Source of the DNA: Octopus vulgaris
Taxonomy: Eukaryota
DNA length: 64,000 nt
Reading direction: 5' to 3'
NCBI GenBank assembly: GCA_951406725.2
Contig: OX597822.1
Coordinates: 41,230,001 to 41,294,000 of the forward strand
Within the stretch, counting starts at the first letter, position 1. Each line of letters begins with the position of its first letter. Below, in pieces: positions 38,595-51,896 of this stretch. Both the position numbers and the translations under genes were made by a program. The notes beneath the pieces were generated by a model. The model made no database searches. It was given only the letters and a program-made list of their open reading frames with translations, and was not told where the DNA came from.

Positions 38595-38911
38595 ATCGGC
38601 ACCTACTCGTGCCCGAGTTTGGTTCATCTGGTGCCTCCATAATGCTTAAATCTGACATGCTTGTGAATGGTAGCTTCAATGCTTGGCATTTCTGAGCGAT
38701 TGCGGACTTTGTTGTTGTTGTGTCGATTCTGCCATTTGATGTTGAGAATCTGCTGAATAAATATTATATGTGTGTGTATACACACAAATTTCTTAATATT
38801 ACCTATGTAATACCAACATATAAGGCATTCATACAATAACTATAATTTAAATATTTTTCCAAATCTATATACATTTACAGTTACCCATATCGTGCCGGGT
38901 AACGTTCTAGT
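38590..38911. mobile_element. Helitron-like non-autonomous ends
   Basis: TTACCC..GGGTAA hairpin followed by CTAG|T at 38907-38911; a degenerate outward-facing counterpart at 38590-38620. Confidence 0.45.
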
Positions 38912-39221
38912 ATAAATATAATTGCCCAAATGCTGCACTAATGAATCCCAAAAAGTGTTGAAACATGCATTTACAGATGATAATACAAAAAGCAATATAG
39001 ATAATTGAACTTTAGATAAAGTTGAACTTTTATTCTATAATTTCACATTGAATTTTTACGTAGCTGATTGGAAAAGAAAATCATTTCTATAATTATATTG
39101 TTGACACCATAAGAATTTATAAAGTTCAAGAGAACGGGAAATAATTCTTTTCTGATACGATGGATCCCGAAGCAGATAAAGCTTTAACTAATAGCCTGTA
39201 AATATTGGCTTAAAATTTTAG

Positions 39222-39420
39222 CACAAGGCCAGCAATTTTACGGTAGCGATTAAATCGATTACATTGAACCCCAATGCTCAAATGGTACGTATTTTATCGA
39301 TCCCAAAATAATGAAAAGCAAATTCGACCTCGGCAGAATTTGAACTCAGAACGGAGAGAAGAATGAAATGCAGCTAGGCATTTCTGCCGAGGTGTTAACG
39401 ATTCTGCCAGCACGTTGCCT
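39222..39420 (-). mobile_element. SINE family B monomer, diverged
   Basis: GCACAAGGCCAGCAATTTT..CGACCTCGGCAGAATTTGAACTCAGAAC..GATTCTGCCAGC. Confidence 0.72.
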
Positions 39421-39626
39421 TTAGCAGCATATAGACATAAGGTTAAAAAACCCGCTGGAAGGAAACTTCGAAATGGTAGAACGCCTGTTATGATTACCAG
39501 GTGATGTGGATTCGATTCCCACCGGCAATTTTTTCTATCCTAAGGTTTTTTTCTTTTTAATCTGATATTTACACGCCATTTATCTGCATCTAGATTCACC
39601 GTTCCAATGATTGCTACAGCAGGAGT

Positions 39627-39742
39627 GGAGGCGCAATGGCCCAGCGGTTAGGGCAGCGGACTCGCGGTCGTAAGAACGCGGTTTCGATTCCAAGACTGGG
39701 CATTGTGAGTGTTTATTGAGCAAAAACACCTAAACTCCACGA
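39627..39742 (+). mobile_element. SINE family C head (tRNA-like, not a tRNA gene)
   Basis: GGAGGCGCAATGGCCCAGCGGTTAGGGCAGCGGACTCGCGGTCG..GTTTCGATTCC continues into the SINE body. Confidence 0.8.
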
Positions 39743-39755
39743 TGCTTAGGAAAAG

Positions 39756-39786
<31 letters not shown>

Positions 39787-40296
39787 AAGAAAGAGAGAGA
39801 GAGAGAAAAAAGAACCCTCTCTATCTTTTTGAATGTGTTAGTAAAAGGTCAATTTTTATCAAGAGCAATAAAGTTAAGAAGTGTACGATCTGTTTAATTA
39901 TTGTAGAAGAGACATAACGAAGATGCATTCTGTTGGTATTCATATAGCTATAGTGTGCTGACATTTTATCAATATTTGACCCGGTGATCATTTGTGTCCT
40001 CTCATGTCTACCGCAGCTACAATTGTCTCTGCTCTTTCTGATATTCACTTAATGTCTTATCAACACAAGAATAATAGTTTTACTGCATCTCTTTGTTTCA
40101 TCTACCTCTTAATTATAAACTTCTGCTCCGCTAAAAGACTGTTATTCACAACTCTCCTTCCTCGTCCCACTCTTCAGCTCCCCTTCTTTTTCCCATCCTC
40201 TACCATCGTTCCTCCTCCCTCTCCACCTTTCTCCTTCCAGTATGTCGGTCACTTAAAGTCTTTCACACAAATATCACGATATTTTCAACTCACAAA

Positions 40297-40500
40297 AGGC
40301 GGCGAGCTGGCAGAATCATTAGTACGCTGGGCAAATTACTTAGCTTCGTCCGTCTTTACGTTCTGAGTTCAAATACCAACGAGGTCGACTTTGTCTTTAA
40401 TCCTTTAAGGGTCGATAAAATAATTACCATTGAAGCTCTGGGATCGACGTCATCGACTTCCATCTCCCTTCAAAAGTGCCGGCTTTATGCCAAAATTATA
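40297..40500 (+). mobile_element. SINE family B monomer
   Basis: AAGGCGGCGAGCTGGCAGAATC.. module. Confidence 0.8.
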
Positions 40501-40505
40501 AAGGA

Positions 40506-40840
40506 TTCTGTTGTGTCTGGGGAGAGTCATTTTCTTTTTGTGCCTTGTAATATAAAACACTCACCTGTAAAAAATTTCCACTTATTTCTTATTTTTATTT
40601 TCCTAAAATTTTCATTGCGTCTTGCAACCTTTTCAATAGTCTTGAGAGTCAAGACCATTGAAAAGGTTGCAACGAAAGTTTAGGAAAATAAAAATAAGAA
40701 ATATCTGAAAATTTTACCGGTGAGTGTGTTAAACTATGAGGCACAAAAAGAAAATGACTCTCCCCAGACACAACAGAAAATGCTTCAACACACGAACTCA
40801 CATAAAGAATCTTGCAAACCAAATCCAGAAACGAAATATA
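40506..40840. mobile_element. Foldback element: ~135-bp arms around a 3-nt loop, right arm extended
   Basis: 40506-40645 is inverted at 40649-40778 (centre GTCTTGA-GAG-TCAAGAC); the right part recurs unpaired at ~54190-54340. Confidence 0.75.
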
Positions 40841-41164
40841 AAGGATTATTATTATAAATGGCAGCGAACTAGTAAAATCGTTAGCACCCCGGATAAAATG
40901 CTTAGCGACATTTCTTCCGGCTTTATAGTTTGTATTCTAATACCACCGAGGTTGACTTTGCCTTTCAGTATTTCAGGCGCGATAAAATAAGTACCAGGCC
41001 TTGTACTTATAGTAGAGAAGATTATTAAAGACATCAATCTGGTAGAGTCATTAGCGAGTCGAACAAAATGCCTAGCGACATTTTTGGTTCTTTACGTTCT
41101 GAATCCAAATTCCACCGAGGGATTGATGAAATAAATATCAGTCAAGTACTGGGGTTGATGATGC

Positions 41165-41500
41165 ATGGCTCAGTAGCTAGGGCGTCTGGCTTACAATCAT
41201 GAGGTAGTGAGTTCGATTCCCAGACCAGGCTGTGTGTTGTCTTTTTGAGCAAGGCATTTTATCTCACTTTGGCTCGAGTTCACTCCGATGTAGAAATGAG
41301 TTGCGACGCCACTGGTTCTAAGCTGTATCGGCCTTTGCCTCTCCGTTGGATAACATCGGCGGCGTAAAGAGGAGAGGCTGGTATGCATGGGTGACTGTTT
41401 GTCTTCCACAAACAACCTTGCCCAGATTTGTGCCTCGGAGAGGAACTTTCTAGGTGCAATCCCATGGTCATTCATGACCGAAGTGGGAGGGTCTTTACCC
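41165..41500 (+). mobile_element. tRNA-headed SINE with central GTCYTTGAGCAAGRCA domain (C-related)
   Basis: TGGCTCAGTAGCTAGGG..GAGTTCGATTCCCAGACC..TTGAGCAAGGCA; distinct tail. Confidence 0.7.
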
Positions 41501-42316
41501 TGTGCTGAAATTACTAAAGTTGTTTGGCAGAAGTAGCAACAGAGTAACGGCAAAATGATAATGGTAGGGAGTGTTGTGGCGTCAGTAGTGATAGTGGTGT
41601 TTGCAGTGATGGGAAAGTACGATGGTGGTGATTGTAGTTGTGGCTGTTGTAGCTGTAGCTCGAATCACAGGGAGTCTCTCCAAGTCAAACCGCTTTTTCT
41701 CCGCATTGAGAGGTCACAGCCCCAGTACTGTGAACATATACTCTTTTACTTGTTTCAGTCATTTGACTGCGGGCATGCTGGAGCACCGCCTTTAGTCGAG
41801 CATCAGCGTCGTCGTCGTCATTATCATTGTGGTATTGTCGTGGATGGACAGACGGACGAACGGGTGGTTGGATGGATGGATTGTTTTCATCGCGTAGGTT
41901 GTAATCTAATTTATCAAAATTTCTCGGTCAACTACTTAACGTGTGATAAAATCCTACTTTACAATTTATTGTGCCAACCTCAGTATCCAACCGCCACCGC
42001 TCTCCTAACTTTCCACTCCACGTCCCCCATCCCACCCCTAAACATTTGGTAAACCTTGACCTTTCAGTGCCAAGACACATGTTGACATGGAAGACATCTT
42101 GGAAACAATGTAGAGTTGATCATGGGCCGACGCAGATATTGAATAATGTGGCTAGCGATATATCAGAATGGGATTAGGCACTGTATTAAAGGATTAAGAC
42201 TAGAAATCTATCATTGTGTCTCTCTGTCTGTCTGTTTGTCCCTCTGTCTGATTGTATGTCTGTGTGTGTGGATGTATACATCTACATATATATATATATA
42301 TATACCCAAATATTTA

Positions 42317-42385
<69 letters not shown>

Positions 42386-42591
42386 ATGTGTGTGTTATGT
42401 ATGTATGTCGCTGTGTAACTCAGTGTTTGTGTCTATCACACATACAATACACACACACGCACATTCACACTCTATCTCTCTATCTCTGTCGCCTGTCTGT
42501 CTATCTATCTATATGTCTGTGTGTGAGTTGGTGTTGGGGGTTTCATTATTTCTACGCATAATGATATCTATAGTAATATATTTACGATTAT

Positions 42592-42990
42592 AAGGCGACG
42601 AGCTGGCAGAATCGTTAGCACGCCGGGCGAAATGCGTAGCCGTATTTCGTCTGCCGTTACGTTCTGAGTTCAAATTCCGCCGAGGTCGACTTTGCCTTTC
42701 ATCCTTTCGGGGCCGATAAATTAAGTACCAGTTACGCACTGCGGTCGATATAATCGACTTAATCCGTTTGTATGTCCTTGTTTGTCCTCTCTGTGTTTAG
42801 CCCTTTGTGGGCAGTAAAGAAATAGCTATTTCGTCTGTCTTTACGTTCTGAGTTCAAATTCCGCCGAGGTCGACTTTGCCTTTCATCCTTTCGTTGTCGA
42901 TAAATTAAGTACCAGTTGTGTACTGGGATCGATCTAATCGACTGACCCCCTCCACAAAAATTTAGAGCCTTGTTCCTAGAGTAGAAAAGA
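42592..42990 (+). mobile_element. SINE family B composite (dimer)
   Basis: Homology to 35313-35686. Confidence 0.87.
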
Positions 42991-43514
42991 ATGTATTTAC
43001 GATTATATACACGCACTTATAAATACAAGTTTGAATTAAATTTGAGCGACATTTTGAATTACACTCAATTCTCTTTTTGCACGGTTTTGAAATAACACTG
43101 TCCAACAAAAAGAACCGATTATTTTTTGCACTTTTTTATTTTTTTATTTTTACACAGTTTAAACATCTGTCCCTGTGTGACCACCGAATTTATTGCAAGT
43201 AGCAAATAAACAATTTTAGTAACATCAATCAATTATAATTTACAAAAACGCCGACACTCTACATAACATGATTAAGCAACAATTTAGCCAAGTAAAATAC
43301 AATCCAATCTGTTTTTCCCATATAGTGATCCCCCACTTTCCGGTCTGGGCGGGACCTATGCACTGTATATACCTCTGGCTGCGTTTTACCGTTCCATCAG
43401 ACGGCTCGCGGTGGCAGTCATTAGCATCGGGTCTAATACGAAAGACGTGTCGCATGTTTCATCCTCTGCAATATTTTTTATTTGCTATCATTATAGTGAT
43501 GACCTACACCCAAA

Positions 43515-44845
43515 ATGTCGATTGATACATCTAAGAAAATAAAAGAGCATCAATTTCTTTGGAGACCAAGATATATATTTTAAATCGTCTTCGTGAGGGC
43601 GAAAGTGCAGCACCCTTGGGTAGCGCTTTCTGCTCGAACAAAGCTACAATAAGAACAATCAAAAGGAATAATGCTGCCATTAGAAGATCTGTAGCTTCTG
43701 GAACAAAATTATCTACCAAGTCGTCGTCATATACAAGAGACATGATTCAAGAGAAAATAGAGAAAACTTTAATAATATGGATAGAAGAAAACAATAAAAA
43801 GGTTACCATTAGATGGTAGAACCATAAAACAGATGGCATTACGATTTTATGAGAAGATTAATGATCTGGAGTCATCAAGTGCGTTACATCTGTCTCATGA
43901 TAAAAAGAAGAATGAATTTGCTAAAAGTAGAGGGTGACTTACAAAATTGCTCGAAAGACACGCACTACATAATATAAAAATGAGAGGTGAAATTTCATCG
44001 GTAGATAAGACTGCCGCTGGAAATTTCTTCCAAAGCTAGTCAAAATAACTGAAGAAGGCGGTTACATTTCAGACCAAGTTTTCAACACAGATGAAACTGG
44101 TCTCTTGGGGAAAAAAATGCCAAACAGAACATATATAGCGAAATCAGAGAAAAGTGCCAGTGGTTTTAAGGCAGCTAAAGACCATATCACTTTTTTGTTA
44201 TGTAGCAACGCTTCAGATGGTTGTTTGTTAAAACCGTTATTAATTAATCGATCAGTTCGTCCGCATGCAATGAAAGGCGTAGACTTAAGTAAATTACCAG
44301 TTCATTGGAGAGCCAATAAAAAATCATGGATGACAGCAGAAGTATTTACTGAATGGTTTAACAACTGCTTCGTTCCTGAAGTAAGAAGATATATGGAAGA
44401 TAAAGGTCTTGAGTTTAAAGTCCTTTTACTTATAGACAATGCACCCGGTCATCCAGATTTGGAACACCCGAATGTAAAAGTCGTATTCTTGCCACCTAAT
44501 ACAACATCGATGATTCAACCGCTTGATCAGGGTATAATTTCAAAATTCAAATCATATTATATCCAGCGAACATTGGAATATATTATAGAAGAAGTAGAAA
44601 AAGATGATACACTTTCAATCATTCAAGCATGGTGCCCTGGTTTTATCCAAATTAGAGCTATCCACTCTAAATGTATGCTGGAGATAATTTTGGCCAGAAT
44701 GTGTAAAGCCTAAAAATCTCTCGTACCTAGTATAAATACGAACGAATTACTTTCTGATGCCATCACTTTGTCACATCAGATTGGCAGAGAAGGTTTTGAA
44801 GAATTAACAATAGACGAAGCTCCTAAGGAAGAACAAATTATATGG
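43515..44845 (+). pseudogene. pogo/Tigger-family transposase pseudogene (HTH_psq, CENP-B HTH, DDE_1)
   Basis: ISLETKIYILNRL..; EKTLIIWIEE; DQVFNTDETGL/KKMPNRTYI..GFKAAKDHITFLLCSNA..LPVHWRANKKSWMT..VLLLIDNAPGHP..FLPPNTTSMIQPLDQGII; several frameshifts and stops. Confidence 0.92.
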
Positions 44846-44849
44846 TAAG

Positions 44850-45341
44850 GAACCGAATCCGGCTACTACATATCTGGTCTTCCAGCAACAACCCTCTACA
44901 GCTACGTTTTGACCGTAATCTCACACAGCTTCATATAACTGTCTAATTGAGCCTAAGGTCCAGTTCAAAGAATTGAGGAAGACTCCCGACATGTAGACGC
45001 AGTCAGAACGCTTGCTGTATCCCTTTGTGCTGGCCACGGCTTCGTAATCTCCATTGCAGCTGTCCATATCACGTCGTGTAGCCTTTACAGTGTTCACAGA
45101 GCATTGAGCAACAGTCATGATGTCGACATTTTGATAAGCGCCTCGAATCATTATGATACAAGTAACTCTTTCCCGATATTCGGATGGCTTCCACTCCTCC
45201 ATGTCAGCTAACTTATTCTCAACTACAACTCTAATCTTTATGCTTTCCAACACCGTTTACTGTTTACCAATGCATCCAGCTATTCCTGAAAAAAAAAAAG
45301 GAGACTTATAAAATAATCAAATATAGCCCAAACATCCTGTA
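44850..45341 (-). mobile_element. 5' part of a Tc1/mariner-superfamily element (TIR plus N-terminal HTH)
   Basis: Minus-strand start TA|CAGGATGTTTGGGC; peptide MEEWKPSEYRERVTCIIMIRGAYQNVDIMTVAQCSVNTVKATRR has HTH-like spacing. Confidence 0.5.
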
Positions 45342-45351
45342 TCATTTAAAA

Positions 45352-45682
45352 CAAGGGTTCTTACCCAGAGTTCATATACCCACTGAAGGTCCATATAAGA
45401 TTTTGTTGGGGCCCACATAACAAAATAGTAAATTGGGGATCCACAATAGTATTTTTAAGGGCCCCTGGAAAAATTTACTTTAGATGGTTATATTGGTATG
45501 TATTGCAAGGAACAGGTTTTTATCCTAACATTTTACATAGTTCAACCTATACAAGTGAATGTGTGAAGGGATTTTCTATAAAACTAGTTTTATACATCGA
45601 ATGGCTATGGTGGGTTCGCCAGAATGAAATAATAATCAAAGGGGTCCATAGATAATTTTTTTAAAATGGTTGAGAACCTCTC
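45352..45682. mobile_element. hAT-type MITE with 8-bp target-site duplication
   Basis: ATTTAAAA|CAAGGGTTCTTACCC ... GGTTGAGAACCTCTC|ATTTAAAA. Confidence 0.82.
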
Positions 45683-45989
45683 ATTTAAAACGTTGTAACC
45701 ATTTTTCCTGTTTTCCGACTATACTGATATTGCGCGATTCGTGACATATCATTCCATGATCGACTCTACCGAAGACTCGCAAAACTGAGATATATCACAT
45801 CCATATTTGAATGGTTGCAGACATGGACAGCTCAGTTGTAGTGTTATAGGATCTGTGTCAGGCTGCTTGTTTCTGGTTGAAAACCATGTTGGGTGTGAGA
45901 CAGCAAATCGTTTTCTTCAAAGAACGTGGTTAGTTTCCGTCTAACAATTCGTTCCATGACTTTTCTGTGAGATCAGAGAGATAGTACTA

Positions 45990-46400
45990 TCGTTTTTAAC
46001 ATCTGCTCTTGGGACGTATTATACCTGCCTTTAACTTGCCTGGAAGTTTGCCACATGCAAGGAGACCCTGGAAGAGATACGGTACTGGTTTTGCTTGGGC
46101 ACATTTATACGTTTTTAGAAGGTTTGCTGGGAATCCATTAAGGCCAGTTAATATTATTTCATCTTTGGCCAGTATCACACCTTATTCTATGTTGATATAC
46201 TCGAGAGTTCCCACCGTCCTGTGTTCGGTTAAAAGCTCATCTGCTTTGCTCACTTGCATGCATCCCAGAGAGGATATGAAAATAGTTCTGAATTTCTCTT
46301 TAAGTATTTCATTTACCATTCTGGGCTCTGAAGATACAGAACCATTTTCTGTAATTATATGTCATTGTGTTTTTGATCTAAACTTAACTTTTTTTTTATA
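45990..46400 (-). mobile_element. Decayed LINE ORF2 fragment (pre-RT region, CR1-like)
   Basis: GLNGFPANLLKTYKCAQAKPVPYLFQGLLACGKLPGKLKAGIIRP resembles GPDG.P..LLK.....A.PL..LF..SL..G.LP...K.A.I.P. Confidence 0.7.
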
Positions 46401-46521
46401 CCATAGATTTATTGAGATCTCTGCTGAACGCTTTACGCAAAAACAAATATTCTCGTTGTAAATTCGAAATATTTAGTCTTATGATAGTTTGTGTGTGAGA
46501 GAGAGAGAGAGAGAAAGAGAG

Positions 46522-46556
<35 letters not shown>

Positions 46557-47346
46557 CTCACATTGGTGGTCATTATACATCATTCACTTCCCACCTGTTG
46601 TCAAACAAATGTTTGACACATCTCTTAACCCCACCTTGCGTCTCTCGCTGACATCATCATTATCATCATCATCGTCGTCTTCTTCTTCTTCTTCTTCTTC
46701 TCTCACTTTCCCTTTCTCTCTTTCTCTTTTTCTTTCTCTCTCTTTCTCTTTCTCTCTCTCTCTCTTTCTTTCTCTCTCTGTGCGTGTGCGCACGCACACA
46801 TGCGTAGATACATACGCAAAAACACACACACACACACGTATATATATGTTTATATATATACACACACACACACACATATATATAAATATATATATATACA
46901 AATGTAAATGTATATATATATATATGTATGTATGTATATAGTACAACCCTGAAGAGAGATGGCGACACACAGACATAGAAATGATAAATAAATATAGAGA
47001 TAAAGATAACAAAGATAAGATAAAACAACTATATATTCCTATATTTATCTCATTATGTCAACAACTAGTGGCGACCTCTATACTAACCGAGTCACTGCCA
47101 GGGATTAACCACAAACGCACACACACACACACACACACACATGCAATGCATACACACACATGCACGCACACACACATCAACTCATTACACAAGCCCCCAA
47201 CCCAACCCGACCTCACTGCACAAACCCACCACTACCACCACCGCCACACATCCATTTAGACATTTCGACACAACTAATACATGCATCGCCTCATACACAC
47301 ACCTATATATACCTATGCATACGTACATATATACATATATATACAT

Positions 47347-47382
<36 letters not shown>

Positions 47383-47486
47383 GTATGTATGTATCTATGT
47401 ATCTATGTGTGTATGTATATATATATATGTGTGTGTGTATATATATATGTATGTACATATGCGTGTGTGTGTATATATGCATATGC

Positions 47487-47571
<85 letters not shown>

Positions 47572-47845
47572 TGTGTGTATACCTATATGCATGTATGTAT
47601 TGTTGTTCTTGCTTTATTTCGCATTTATCACCAACGAAGAAAGGGGCCGATTTATAACCCAGAAACAAGGATCTTTCATTGGAATTTAGACAATATCAAC
47701 GGGTAGTTTCATGTAAGTATGTATGTATGCATACACGTATGCATGCATGCAAGCATGTATGTATGTATGTATGTATGTATGTATGTATGTATGTATGTAT
47801 GTATGTATGTATGTATGTATGTGTATATGTATTTATGTTTGTATG

Positions 47846-47877
<32 letters not shown>

Positions 47878-48326
47878 TGTATGTATGTATGTATGTATGT
47901 ATTTATGTTTGTATGTATGTATGTTTTTAAGCGTGGATATATGTAAACGTATCTATGCATGTTTTGGAGTCAGGATGGCCCTATAGTTAAAAACGCTCGC
48001 TTCGCAATCAACAAGTCTCAGGTTCGATGTCACTCTGTCTTTTAGCACAGCCTCGGGTTCATACAAAAATTTAAGACCTGGTATTGTGCTGATGGAAACT
48101 ATGATGAAGCCGCTGGGTGGTTTGTAGCTGTGACTTAAAGTTACAGCCTCATCACTTCGTGCTACATTGATTTTACCAAAGGATTATACTAAGAGAATAC
48201 TTGACTGAGGAATACTCAACCACTTACATACAATTCCAATGATTTGTATTCTGAAATTTAGTCGTCATAAGGAGTGAAGAGACTTTCCACGGGTAACTCT
48301 TTGATGATATTGGTATAATCAATTGA

Positions 48327-48537
48327 AAGGCGGCGAGCTGGCAGAAACGTTAGCATTTCGTCTGCCGTTACGTTCTGAGTTCAAATTCCGCCGAGATCGA
48401 CTTTGCTTTTCATCCTTTCGGGGTCGATAAATTAAGTACCAGTTACGCACTGGGGTCGATGTAATCGACTAAATCGGTTTGTCTGTCCTTTTTTGTTCCC
48501 TCTGTGTTTAGCCCCTTGTGGTTAGTAAAGAAATAGG
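48327..48537 (+). mobile_element. SINE family B, internally deleted
   Basis: Homology to 42592-42825; AATCAATTGA occurs on both flanks (possible TSD). Confidence 0.82.
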
Positions 48538-48722
48538 TGTAATCAATTGAGTTAAAGAGTGATGTCGTGTCCCAGCTGCCAATCCATTCTCACTATGGCT
48601 TACTGCTTTTCAGGGATGTGACATTGGTATCCAGCTCAGGTTTTAAATTATGGGAGAGATCTTTGTTTCAGAAAAGAAAACAACTTTAATAAGTCCTAAG
48701 CATTTGAAACTTATTCGACAAC

Positions 48723-49100
48723 TATAGGAATACCTCAACATATGTCGCTTCGACTTACGTCATTTTCGACATTACATCGTTTAGTTTTTTAAAGAAATTA
48801 ATGGAAAATAAAGGTGATCTTCAAATTCAGTAGATTTATTCAATTTAACGTCGGTCTCAGCAAACATATTCAAAGCCATAAGCTTTAAAATGCACCTAAA
48901 AATCCATCCTTTTGTGGAAAATCAAATAAAGTACATGTGGAAAATCAAATAAAGTACATGTGGAAAATATGTAGAAAACATTTATTAAAATATATGTAAA
49001 CCAATCAAGTTTTTAAAATGTCTTTTCGTGTTACTTCGTTTTACGATTGTAGTTACTAATTTTGGAATCAATTAACAACGTAAGCTAAGATATACCTGTA
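48723..49100. mobile_element. Degenerate Tigger-like MITE
   Basis: TATAGGAATACCTCAAC ... GCTAAGATATACCTGTA (CAGG.ATACCTC-type TIR with TA ends). Confidence 0.5.
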
Positions 49101-49914
49101 TTTTGTGCAGATGTTGATGGTTTTTCGCACAAACCGGAAACTTCCTATACCTCAAAAAGTGACTACAATGACTGCAATGGTTGCATTGGATTTCACAAAA
49201 ACCTTTGAATAAGACAAAGGTAATGTTCACACCTGCCCAGGGCAAGTCCTACAGTGAACCAAACAACTATGTAAATGAGGTTTAGATTAGAAATTGAGGG
49301 TACATTGCTGTATCTTGAGACCTTGGTAAGAAATGGAATCCTGGATGCAGAAATTTGCTCACAAATCCAAAAGGGTTATACAGCCTTTGAAAATTAAATA
49401 TAATTAAATATAAATTAGTATGGTCTGATCGGGGTATCGCTATTCGAATTAAGACTACCTTTCTGACGGTCTTCCTGCATTCGTCCAAGATGTGGACAAC
49501 ATACAGTCGACACCTGAAGGTGACTGAGAAATTTCACTAAAACTAATCTGAAATGTTTATTTAAATTCAACTGGTTGACCCTAACATCAGACACCTACGT
49601 CCTCTAAAGAGCTGAGTGTCTTCTCGTTGAATCAGAGATTCTTATCAGTTAAATATACTGGGTTGTGCGTGTTGTGTGGGTAAACAATGCCCAGCATTCA
49701 AAAGAGCTTTTGTATAGCAAACTGGTTATTGGAAAACGTTGACAAAGTAAGCTTAAAAGAGAATCATGGACGGCCTAAAAACACGATCTTAAACACCTAG
49801 GAATAAAATGTACGAATGGAAAGAGGTAACGGTAGAATGGAAAGACTGGATAAGCATGTTTTCTGTAACGAAAATCCTCTAGAGAGACATGGTGCCCAAC
49901 AGTGAGATATCGGT

Positions 49915-50112
49915 TTCATACTTTGGCCCAAGACCAGCAATTTCGGGGAAGTGGGTAAGTTCAATTACACCGACTCTAGTACACAGCTGGTACTCATTTT
50001 CATCGACACAAAATGGATAAAAGACAAAATCGACCTCAGCGGAATTTGAACTCAAATCGTGAGTTAAGCATTTCGCCCGGCGTGATAACGATTCTGCCAG
50101 ATCACTACCCTT
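49915..50112 (-). mobile_element. SINE family B monomer, diverged
   Basis: CGACCTCAGCGGAATTTGAACTC..GCATTTCGCCCGGCG..GATTCTGCCAG. Confidence 0.7.
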
Positions 50113-50477
50113 CAAGAGAGACCTATTCTGGTGAACAGGATTAGCAAATGCGGAAGACCGCTTCAGCAGGCATGACAAAAAAAAATAGATACATATGTTG
50201 AGTGATGTTTGTTAGCTGGGAGTCATCTGCAAGATTGTCTAAGTGGACTCGGCACTCTCAAATTTAGTCGCCTCACCTGCACAAAATGGACAGCACAAAG
50301 ATAGAGAAAAATATAAATTAATGCACGTCCATAATTCCTTAAAGAATTGTCTTTCGATAAACTGAGATTATTCCAGTAGTTATTCAAGAGACTTTCCAAG
50401 CAGTCATTCGAGATCGCTAGCGATGGACAGTAGTTGGATGTGTAAGTATATTTGCATATTTGTAAATCTGCAAATAA

Positions 50478-50775
50478 ACTACTGTATGGAGAACGGCAAC
50501 AAGGCAAATGCTTCCAGGAAAGACAGAAACAAGTTCTTCAAAGACACTTTGAAAGCTTTTCTGAAGGCATTCTGTATAATGTGCGTCACATAGGAGTAGA
50601 TAGCTGAGAACAGAAGCAAGTGGTGATCAGCTGTCCACCAGGGCATGCAAACCTTTGATGTCAATAGAATTGCAGTAACTGAGCAACGCAGGCAGGCCAG
50701 AAAGACCATCGCCATCACATGCTTAACTACAACCACCGCTCCCTACCCACTCTGCCAGAGAACCTTCCGGACGTG
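50478..50775 (+). mobile_element. RTE-clade LINE ORF2 C-terminal fragment
   Basis: LLYGE..GK..RQK / FKDTLKAFLK..IAENRSKW.SAVHQGMQTFDVNR...EQRRQARK..YPLCQRTFR resembles the RTE/BovB-like C-terminus. Confidence 0.72.
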
Positions 50776-51090
50776 GCTCGAATGCAACACCGGTTGTCAA
50801 GCAGTGGTGAGGACAAACAAAAACACACATACACACAAGCACGTACACACAAACACACACACACACACACGCGCGCGCGCGTGAGCACACACACACACTC
50901 ACACACACACACACAGTTCAATAAAATTTGAGTATAAACGTTTTCGTATGTTATACAAAGCCCGTCCGCCGTTATTAGCTAGCAAATGTCATCGTACAGT
51001 ATAAATACTCCTGTCATTAGATATGCATCTAAAATTCCATCGTATCCAAAGTGTTTATATAAAGAGATGAATAGTCATCTCCGTAAGTAC

Positions 51091-51165
<75 letters not shown>

Positions 51166-51194
51166 TGTGAGCGCGTGGGTATCTGTGTATGTAT

Positions 51195-51352
51195 ACAACG
51201 AGCTCCTTTCAGTTTCCGTCAACCAAAGCCACTCTCAAGGCTTTGGTCGGTCAGGGGCTAGAGTAGAAGACACTTGCCCAGGGTGTTGTGCAGTGGGGCT
51301 GAACCCAGAACCATGTAGCTGGGACCCAAGCGTCTTACCACACAGCCACGCT
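51195..51352 (-). mobile_element. SINE family A, 5' part
   Basis: TTTCAGTTTCCGTC..AGAAGACACTTGCCCA..CTTACCACACAGCCAC. Confidence 0.78.
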
Positions 51353-51435
51353 CGTACATATCCACACCACCCACATGTTCGTATATCAACGTACGTGTAA
51401 GTGTATATCTACGTGCGTGTAAGTGTATAAACGTG

Positions 51436-51753
51436 AGGGCGCGTGGCTTAGTGGTTAGGGCATTCGACTCATGATCGTAAGGTTGTGAGTTCGATTCCCG
51501 GCGACGCGTTGTGTCCTTGAGCAAGACACTTTATTTCACGTTGCTCCAGTCCACTCAGCTGGCAAAAATGAGTTGTACTTGTATTTCAAAGGGTCAGCCT
51601 TGTCACTCTCTGTGTCACGCTGATTATCCCCGAGAACTACGTTAAGGGTACACGTGTTTGTGGAATGCTCAGCCATTTGCACGTTAATTTCACGAGCAAG
51701 CTGTTCCGTTGATCGTATCAGCTGGGACCCTCGTCGTCGTAACCGGCGGAGTC
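51436..51753 (+). mobile_element. tRNA-headed SINE with GTGTCCTTGAGCAAGACACTT domain and family C tail
   Basis: GGGCGCGTGGCTTAGTGGTTAGGG..GAGTTCGATTCCCGG; tail equals the reverse complement of 28373-28520. Confidence 0.82.
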
Positions 51754-51896
51754 TTTTTTTTTTAAAGTGTATAAACAATATATTCATCGATATACATGCC
51801 TACGTGTGGATATGTATACATAGCTACATGTTTCTGCTCTATACATGTGTAGATATCCATATACTTTTATGCCTATATGTATATGTGCAAACAGCA

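Noticed and set aside
39627-39700. tRNA-like sequence
   Set aside because: No proper acceptor stem or terminator; it continues into a multi-copy SINE body (also 28670-28740, 37530-37598, 51436-51505).
44105-44713. 202-aa DDE ORF as a domesticated TIGD/CENP-B-like gene
   Set aside because: Upstream and downstream parts carry multiple stops and frameshifts, including just after the first catalytic DETG motif.
46947-46985. CTGAAGA...GAAA possible hammerhead
   Set aside because: No stem II or III pairing and no stem I complement; treated as chance.
48914-48968. 23-bp tandem repeat (TGTGGAAAATCAAATAAAGTACA)
   Set aside because: Simple local duplication inside a degenerate MITE.
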